A stretch of DNA of 62,923 bases, filler included, from Licmophora abbreviata (Eukaryota), in NCBI GenBank assembly GCA_900291995.1. It is 11 parts of 11 records of this genome, joined end to end, with 100 filler letters (N's around TTAATTAATTAA, not from the genome) between each part and the next. Parts side by side here need not be neighbours in the genome. Positions count along the whole stretch, not along the records: positions 44,771 to 58,810 come from OLMU01003214.1; positions 58,911 to 62,923 come from OLMU01003215.1; 9 more parts are not named here. One strand, 5' to 3'. The notes under the pieces were generated by a model. The model made no database searches, was not told where the DNA came from, and worked only from the letters and a program-made list of their open reading frames with translations. Of this stretch, positions 55,539 to 62,923 are shown in pieces (position 1 is the stretch's first letter; every line of letters starts with the position of its first letter). A program made the translations under genes and the position numbers.

Positions 55539-56531
55539 ATGGCTGCCGTCAAAATGGCATCGTCGAGCGTATCTACCAAGATTCTAGCAATCTTGTGTTT
55601 CAACAGTGTTGGCTTGCTTAGCTTCGTTGTTACACTGACTATGATAGTTGGCCTATTCTCACACCCTCACGTCGTTGGAATCTATATGGTGCTTCCATAC
55701 TATACGTGCACGTTACTGTTGCGACGCGACGAGCTCAAGGATGGATGCCATTGGATTGCCTTCAGCCGCGGCTTTCCCATGTTTCGAGTCATGCGTACGT
55801 TTCTGAATCTTTCGTTTCACACACCGCTTCCGAAAGAGCTTGTCCAAGAAGAAAGAAGACAAAACGCGCAGTTTGTATTCGCGGCGTTCCCGCACGGATC
55901 GTCGGCTGACTATCGCATACTTATGGACGGCATTTTGCATCACGCTCTTCCGAATACAGCCCACAAAGTTCGAACACTCGCCGCGTCGGTCCTGTTTCGG
56001 ATCCCCGTTGTACGAGAACTTGCCTTGTGGACAGGCTGTGTGGATGCCCGTCGATCGGTGGCGGAAGGACTTCTCGAACACGGACATTCCTTTCTGGTGC
56101 TGCCCGGCGGAATGCCGGAACAAATTCGAACGACACACGGGCAGGAGATTGTCTACTTGAGGAAGAGAAAGGGATTTGTGAAACTAGCTATGCAGAAGGG
56201 TGTTCCTGTTGTGCCCCTGTATGTATTTGGGGCTTCTGACTTGTATCATACAAGCCATGTAGCCTTTGGCTTTCGACTGTGGCTGGTGCAGAACCTCGGT
56301 ATATGCATTCCGCTGGCGGCCGGCTTCTTGAATTCTTTCTTCTGCCCTCTGCCAATTAACACGACGATTGTGTTTGGGAAACCTCTACATTTTAAATGCG
56401 AAGATCAGCAGGCTTTGACTACGGAAGAGGTTGATAATGCACATAAGGAGTTCATGGAAGCACTGACGGGCCTATTCAATGAGCACAAGCAACGAATGGG
56501 CTATGGAGGCCGCAAATTGGATATATGTTGA
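55539..56531 (+). CDS. DGAT2: Diacylglycerol acyltransferase type 2 (DGAT2/MOGAT family); start uncertain
   Basis: FPHG, ASVLFRIPVVRE, LPGG..EQ, RKGFVKLA..G.PVVPLYVFG, FGKP. N-terminal TMs. Confidence 0.88.
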   Translation: MAAVKMASSSVSTKILAILCFNSVGLLSFVVTLTMIVGLFSHPHVVGIYMVLPYYTCTLLLRRDELKDGCHWIAFSRGFPMFRVMRTFLNLSFHTPLPKELVQEERRQNAQFVFAAFPHGSSADYRILMDGILHHALPNTAHKVRTLAASVLFRIPVVRELALWTGCVDARRSVAEGLLEHGHSFLVLPGGMPEQIRTTHGQEIVYLRKRKGFVKLAMQKGVPVVPLYVFGASDLYHTSHVAFGFRLWLVQNLGICIPLAAGFLNSFFCPLPINTTIVFGKPLHFKCEDQQALTTEEVDNAHKEFMEALTGLFNEHKQRMGYGGRKLDIC

Positions 56532-56551
56532 TATTCCGACCACTTTGTATG

Positions 56552-57356
56552 TTAAAAGCTAAGCAATACTTCTTCAGCTGTACTTATATCAATTTCGCAC
56601 GCGGGATGTGACCCACCGCTTGCTTTGAACACTGTACAGACCTGTGCGATCAGATCACCGCTCTCGTCCATATGTTCTCCATTGATCTCCAGCCATGGCA
56701 CGTATTCGTGATAATCAGGTGTCGCTGCAGCCGCCGATTGCTGAAATCTCCAAGCGAGCTCATGATTACCATGACATCCTTGAATACGGGGGAAAGGGAG
56801 GCCAGCCTGATTCGCACAATGTTCGAATGGTTCCGATGGAAAGAGAGTCTCGTGGCTGCCCATGGGCAGCGTCTCATCGAGGCAGGCGAGCATCGGTAGA
56901 TACTGGGAGGGGTCCGGAAAGGCAGCAATGGTACACTGCTCGTAGCTATTTGCATCGCATTCGCCAACTCCATGTTGGCATTGCACAATCTTATTTTCGG
57001 CATCAATCCTCGCGTTGCCGAAAGGGACGAGAGTTATCTCCATGACTTCGTCTCCCAGAAGATTGTACGCCCCCAGAAGCTGTTCCAGCATGAATCTCTT
57101 GCAGTCGGGACTTGAAGAATCGATTTGCAAAATAAAAGCGGGAAAATGAGCGCAGTGAAAATTGCATGCCGACACGACCTGGCATCGATCGCACGCACCA
57201 GAGTGCCTCGGTGAGGAGTAACACCTTCACTGGAGAAGCGTCCAGCGATCGAGTTCGGAGAAGACGTTCGATGCCCTGCGCCGTTTCATTCCACCGCTCG
57301 TGAAGTGTGAACAATAAGACCATTGCGACAGCAGCGGAAAACGAAAACAGCGCCAT
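56552..57356 (-). CDS. GILT (gamma-interferon-inducible lysosomal thiol reductase) family (intron 57198-57111)
   Basis: Spliced EALC|PDC active site, LVPFGNA, CQHGVGECDAN, YVPWLEING, signal/anchor peptide. Confidence 0.9.
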
Positions 57357-57910
57357 GGTGGTGAGATTCTTCGGCCACAACATCCAGACTCGACTCTTGA
57401 TGCCGACGTCCACTGTAACAATACGAATGCGATTCGATTCCCCATCGACTCGACGGAGACGAGCAATCAACGAGCGAGCGGCGAGTTTTGCGCGCGCCTC
57501 GAGATATCATCACTTGCAGTGATGAATGTCAGGCATTCTGCAAATATCATAAGTTGGCACTCTCCATTTTTGACTGAGCCAATTTGTAAACAATTTAAAA
57601 TAAATTATTCGTATCATTATGCTCAATAATGAAATAATGACGTCAATGGCCTGACAACGATCTGTCGCGCGAGGATCAAGGATGAAGGATAACACGTCAC
57701 TCATCATCATCCAAACATCACCGCGATGATGCAATCTCCATCACAGCGCCCCATCTTCTATCGATTTCTTCATCGGGACTCAGCACATCTCAGACAAGCA
57801 CAGAGCACGCTCCGTTCTGCCCAGCAAGTCTTCGTCAGTCATCGGCAAGGCAAACAAAGTTTTAGCCAAACGTAAAAGTGGAACTCCGCCACGTTGTCAT
57901 CGATCACACA

Positions 57911-58588
57911 ATGAGAGCGGTCGCAGCCTTGATCATGGTTGGTCTTTCTTGCACTGTCAAATCAACTCTGGCCTTTCCGTCTAAGGCTAGCAGTGCATTC
58001 GTCGGCCGCAATACGATACGAATCCCTGGTGGTTTCTCGTCTCCTCCCATGAGTTCCATCAATCAGGGTCTGCAGACGAGAATGGAAATGCCTCCCTTCT
58101 TGAAGAAGCTGGGTTTGGGTAGTAGAACCCAACTGGAAGACGAAGATACTGCTGTGGTTATCCTTGACCCTTCGAGCGAGAAGGCTGAGACCGTAGATAC
58201 CGAACAGCCGCTGGTTACATCAGGTGACAAGGTAGAGGACGAAGAAGAACAGAGCGAGACGCAGAAGCTTCTGCAGAAAGTGAAGGATGCAGGTACTGCC
58301 GGTTTCATCAGTTATGCCGGATGGGAACTGGCTTTCTGGCTAGTGTCGATTCCAGTCTGTATTTTTGGCTACAGGGAGGTGACAGGCCACTGGCCAGATC
58401 TAACGGATTCCGCAGACCAGCAAAAGTTGTTTGCCGAAGGGTTTGCCTTTATCAATTTTGCTAGGTTCGCAGTTCCCCTACGTATCGGCCTGGCCTTGAG
58501 TACAACGCCCTGGGTTGAAGAGAACATTGTTCAGCGATTTCTCAAAAATAACGGCGATGAGACGATGAACAGCGAGTCGGAAGAATGA
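57911..58588 (+). CDS. Plastid-targeted membrane protein of unknown function (DUF1279-like)
   Basis: Presequence TLA-FPS. AG.AG.ISY..WE..FW and RFAVPLRIGLALSTTPW hydrophobic module. Confidence 0.65.
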   Translation: MRAVAALIMVGLSCTVKSTLAFPSKASSAFVGRNTIRIPGGFSSPPMSSINQGLQTRMEMPPFLKKLGLGSRTQLEDEDTAVVILDPSSEKAETVDTEQPLVTSGDKVEDEEEQSETQKLLQKVKDAGTAGFISYAGWELAFWLVSIPVCIFGYREVTGHWPDLTDSADQQKLFAEGFAFINFARFAVPLRIGLALSTTPWVEENIVQRFLKNNGDETMNSESEE

Positions 58589-58910
58589 TCGAATTCATAC
58601 TCGAATTCATCTTCAAGCTTACAGGAGCTACACATCAGCATGAGGTTGCATTGATACTACCTGTACTATGTAGACTGTCCATTCTAGAGCCAACACGTGA
58701 CAGTGACTAGACTTAAGTTGATGGCCTGTGAATCTCACGTGTAAAGAAATGGAGAGTCCATTCATATTCAATATCGTAGCGAGTCAATGATTGCAACGAT
58801 TGTGCGGACCNNNNNNNNNNNNNNNNNNNNNNNNNNNNNNNNNNNNNNNNNNNNTTAATTAATTAANNNNNNNNNNNNNNNNNNNNNNNNNNNNNNNNNN
58901 NNNNNNNNNN

Positions 58911-60886
58911 ACTTTTATCAAGTCATTCAAGCGTGGGGGCATGACGACAGTCAGGAGGCTTCGAGCAATGTCGTTAGCTTGTTTTACAAACAGGAAGAGT
59001 TGTATCATGCAGGACTAGAGTCGGCCATGCCGGATGATCGTGTGTTGAAGACTGTATTGCGGCTGCTGTCATCCTCGCGGGAACGTGGCGCCGATCGTCG
59101 TGTTTGGTCGATCTTTGAACGGGCCGGCAGCGACTATGGTGCTGCCACGGATGCCGATATGTATACGTCGCTGATTCGATCACTTGCGCGAAGTAGAGAG
59201 AGAGACTCTGCGGATCGAGCAGAGAAGATCCTAAAAGAGGCAGTGGGGAGGCATCCTCCGGGTATCAACTCCGAAGGCGAGCCGACGGGAATGACCGTCG
59301 ATAGCTTCAATGTTGTGCTCACAGCATGGGTATGTTATCTCTTTTGATAAACACATGCGTTCAACGTGATGTGTAGAGTATGTGCAACGTCGAATTCACT
59401 CTCATCCAACTCACCTGTATCGCACAATCGATCACTCTAGGCGAAAAGTGGCTTTGAGGATGGACCGACGCGAGCCGAACAGCTGCTCGAATACATGTAT
59501 GAAGTCCACAAGCAAAACGGCGAGAATCAACTCACTCCTAATGTTTCCAGCTTCACATCTCTAATAGATGCCTATGCACAAACCAATGAATGGAGCGGAG
59601 CTAACAGGAGCGAACAGATTCTGGATCGCCTTCTTGAACAATTTCTTGACGGAGAAGCTGATTTAGAGCCGAACGTGGCGAGCTGGACTATCGTCATTTC
59701 GGCATGGAACAGATTAGCTCGTAAGAATAGGCGAGGTGCCGAGAAACGTGCGGATCGACTCCTCCGTCGAATGGAAGATCTGTGTCAAGCGGGGCAGACG
59801 ACTGTGGCACCTGATGCCATAACGTACAACACGGTGATGAATGCTTGGTGCGCTTCACGGACAAGGGAGGGTGTGGAGAGTGCCGAAGGAATTCTGAACG
59901 AAATGAACGAGCGGTATCTGGATGGAGATGACGAAATGAGGCCAAATGTAAGATCGCTCCGCTCCATTATTGATGCCCTGGTCCGCTTGGACGACACTGA
60001 TTCCATGGATAGGGCCGAGTCATTGCTCGATCGCTACGAGGACCAGATGGATGAGTTTGACGAACCAATGGAGGATGAATCTGCCATTGATATATATCGT
60101 TCCATGTTGTTTGGCTGGTCCAAGCATGGAGACCCTCGTAGAGCCGAAGAATACCTCGATAGCATGGTTGCGATGGGCGTCAAGGCCGATTCCTTCTGTT
60201 TCGATCGGATCATTGAATCCTACTCTAGAATCAATGCCCCCGATTCGATGTCGAGAACGTACGCTCTCTTTGAACGCATGGAGCAATGCAGCAAGACAGG
60301 CAGTATGAAACCAAACGAGCGAGTGTATACGTCTTTTATTCGGGCCTTGACCAGGGCGGAGGTTCCGGAGCTTGCCAAAAAGGCTTCTTTATTGCTGAAT
60401 CGAATGGACGAGCTATATCAGGAAGGGAATAGAAGTATCCAACCGACGACGTTCACATTGAACGCTGTTCTACGTGCATGTGCAGTTTCTGTTTCCGACG
60501 AAAGCGCAGACCCTTCGGAAGCTTTCAAGGTCGCCGTCGGCGTCTTCAATACTCTGCGTACAGGCAGGGAGAAGCCGGATCACGTCAGTTATGGAAACAT
60601 GCTGCAATGCTCCGCGCTTCTACCTCCGGGAGAGCAGCGGGACTCGATCATTACAAGCACATTTCGTCTTTGCTGTGAATCGGGCCTTGTCAATTCGTAT
60701 GTCGTTCGTGATCTTCAGGAGGTTGCCTCTGAGGAGCTTTGGCGCTCGTTGCTACAGTGGCCCGAGGGCGAAGGGGATGTGGACCATCTTCCAGAGTCAT
60801 GGCGAAGTGGATTTGAACAGAAGACCGATATGGCGGCAAGTCAAAAGAGAAGGCAACAGGGTGGAAGGCGTTCAACGAGGCGATGA
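58911..60886 (+). CDS. Pentatricopeptide repeat protein (5' partial; intron 59330-59440)
   Basis: Repeats such as PNVSSFTSLIDAYA, PDAITYNTVMNAW, PNERVYTSFIRAL, PTTFTLNAVLRAC. C-terminus LPESW. Confidence 0.9.
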
Positions 60887-61202
60887 GCTCTGAAATTCTG
60901 TCTTCGTCACTAATTTTGTCATAGTGTTATGGCTTGTACCGAACCTTTTCGGACTGCAATGATAATTGAACATGGTTCGTCTTCTGTACACGGTGGTTCG
61001 ACGGCACTTTGGTGTTCTTCCACTCCAAGAAGCTGTTTTCACTTTTGTCTTTCACTCGAAAGTAGATGCAGGCGCTTTGTCTTAGTTGCCTGATCGTCAT
61101 TTCCCCCCGGCCGGCTTGTACGTCTGCCAACAATATCTTACGTTCAGCGCGTCGAACAAGCACAGCTGCAGCACTTCACTTCTTCGGGACTCCTCCATAC
61201 AA

Positions 61203-61766
61203 TCACTTGTCACTCTTTCCCATCTGTTTCACTGCATTTGCTCCTAGCGAGAACAGCCCCTTGCCAAAGCCCGCCAGTCCCTTGCCGACGGCGTCCGCCG
61301 CAGCACGTCCGACGGCGCCACTCGGGTCTGCCAAAGCTTCGTGTCGATCATAACGCTTGCGAGTGCGGTCGTTCTTGAGAATCTCGTAGCTCAGCTTAAT
61401 TCGCTCCCACTGGTCTCGCACTTCGTCCATATCATTGCAGCTTCCCGGAAGGATATCCTTGTGACGGACCACATCAGGGTGGTATCGACGCGATAGCTTG
61501 ACGAACGAGTCTCGAACCTGAGACGACGACGCCGCGCGAGGTATTCCGAGAATTGCATAGGGATTGAGAATTTCGCCCGTATGAATGCTGAACTCTTGGA
61601 GCAGAAAGTGATCGCTGTGGACTGCCTGATCTCCAAACAAAAGAGTCGGAACTTCGCGACTACAAGTACGGTGTTTAGAGCGAGACGCCGGACAAAATGC
61701 TGATGATACGACAGTCAACAGTGCCACCAGTATCCAGGAATGAGACCATGTTTTAAAGACCATCAT
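61203..61766 (-). CDS. DnaJ-domain protein, plastid-targeted
   Basis: NPYAILG..KLSRRYHPD..SYEILK..RKRYD. Presequence SSA-FCP. Confidence 0.9.
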   Translation of the reverse strand: MMVFKTWSHSWILVALLTVVSSAFCPASRSKHRTCSREVPTLLFGDQAVHSDHFLLQEFSIHTGEILNPYAILGIPRAASSSQVRDSFVKLSRRYHPDVVRHKDILPGSCNDMDEVRDQWERIKLSYEILKNDRTRKRYDRHEALADPSGAVGRAAADAVGKGLAGFGKGLFSLGANAVKQMGKSDK

Positions 61767-62188
61767 CGTGTTGCTGGCCAAACCAAGTTACAGTGACGGA
61801 CAGATTTCAGTAGACTAGACAACAACGTGTTTGTTTGTTGATTTGTATCACGACGGAGTGTGTTGACACGGCGTCTTCATCCTGTGTCATGAGATGCATC
61901 TGCCAGCTGTCTTTCGCAAGTCGGCAAGGCGGTATACTCTACTAACTTCATCGTACACTTTCTACGGCGGTGAGTTCTGATTTTGCTCAAGTTGCTATGA
62001 CGACATCAGCCGACAACAGTCCTTTAGTTGGATAGAAGGCTCTCGTATCTAGTTGACTCCCCTTATTAGTTTTGGTACATTATGAGTATTGCTATGGAGC
62101 ATATCGGCCTCCCTCTTTGCGGGTATAGTGAGTGACGTGTGTGCCAATAGAAAGACGAAACAGATAGTGATGCAGCGGCAACAAGGGT

Positions 62189-62923
62189 CTACCAATCCAG
62201 ATTGTGGAACTGAGAGGCGACGTTCTCAAGGAGATCCTTGCCCATATCCATCAAGTTAGTTGCGTCTTTGACTCGCCCCTCAATGTCTCCCAGATAATCC
62301 GAGACTGTGTCAAATGCCCGCCCCATGGGATCAACGGATGACTTTTTCTGTGCAAAAGTACTCTCCCATGCAAAAGCCCCGCCGACGGCCGCGACGCGGA
62401 GAGCAGGATCGGACGCTTCCTCTTTGATGTGCCTGGCTGCTCTGGTCACCTGCTCCAATGCGAATTCCCCAACAATGAAAAGAAGCTTCCCAGAATCTTG
62501 CAGACTCCTACCCAGCACGTGAAGTGCGATTCTTTCCAGAGCCTCGGCCGGATCCGCCAAGGCTGAATTGCGATCGTAACGAAGGCGACTGGTGCGATCT
62601 TTCAATATGCCGTAGGCAAAGCGAACGCGCTCAAATTGGTTACGTGCCTCTTCCGGGGAAAGGCGGTGACCCGTCGTCTGATAAATCATATCTGGATGGA
62701 ACTTTCGGCTGAGTTTGTGGTAGGAGCGCTTGATATCCGAAGTTGACGCCTCGCTAGAGACCTGGAGAACATGGTAGGGATTGATGATCTCGCCCGACAC
62801 GGTCTGATAGGGCTTGAGAAACGATGGCACGTGTGGCGGCTCGGAAAACTCTGCTCCCACGGCATGTGCTGACAAGGGTGATGGTATCGCCGAATTTCGG
62901 GCGTGGGCCTTGCGAGCACTGTT
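62189..62923 (-). CDS. DnaJ-domain protein (5' partial), paralogue of the neighbouring gene
   Basis: NPYHVLQV..KLSRKFHPD..AYGILKD...RLRYD. The frame is open to the window edge. Confidence 0.88.
   Translation of the reverse strand, partial: NSARKAHARNSAIPSPLSAHAVGAEFSEPPHVPSFLKPYQTVSGEIINPYHVLQVSSEASTSDIKRSYHKLSRKFHPDMIYQTTGHRLSPEEARNQFERVRFAYGILKDRTSRLRYDRNSALADPAEALERIALHVLGRSLQDSGKLLFIVGEFALEQVTRAARHIKEEASDPALRVAAVGGAFAWESTFAQKKSSVDPMGRAFDTVSDYLGDIEGRVKDATNLMDMGKDLLENVASQFHNLDW

Noticed and set aside
57111..57200. Possible selenocysteine (TGA) at the GILT active site, where the codon is split by the intron
   Set aside because: The best acceptor gives TG|T = Cys (CPDC), so no recoding is required.
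57515..57580. GTGATGA...CTGA snoRNA-like box pair in a divergent promoter
   Set aside because: No convincing rRNA guide, very short terminal stem, and such boxes arise easily by chance.
58586..58610. Short repeat TCGAATTCAT x2 after a stop codon
   Set aside because: Too short to be significant.

Overview
Gene-dense eukaryotic nuclear DNA, most likely from a diatom. This is inferred from short GT-AG introns, many signal peptide + 'ASAF'-type plastid presequences and a diatom-like gene content. The window is 11 contigs joined by ten artificial 100-nt spacers (44 N + TTAATTAATTAA + 44 N). About 35 genes can be reconstructed, most of them housekeeping: CBS-NhaD antiporter, Rab GGTase beta, sterol desaturase-like, PECR, HSF, ABCC transporter, GT31, MCM10, GCSH, MPV17, RsmE, ABC1K-beta-lactamase, bL25, HisG, ProC, uL13, deaminase, aminotransferase, DBP8, TyrA, Cof-HAD, ORC4, START, SEN2-like, DGAT2, GILT, PPR and two DnaJ. 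The most unusual locus is 45867-47366 (-). It is a cleanly spliced 3-exon, 433-aa gene joining an acidic N-terminus and a Mutator/FAR1(WRKY-GCM1)-like Zn-finger DNA-binding domain to a complete APS kinase, a candidate transposon-derived sulfur-nucleotide-linked regulator. Other points of interest are an EF-hand protein flanked by a duplicated unknown domain, a long HSF intron with clustered HSE-like sites, a GC-AG intron, micro-exons, and several frameshifts that are probably assembly errors. All family calls come from recognising motifs by eye; no database searches were run.
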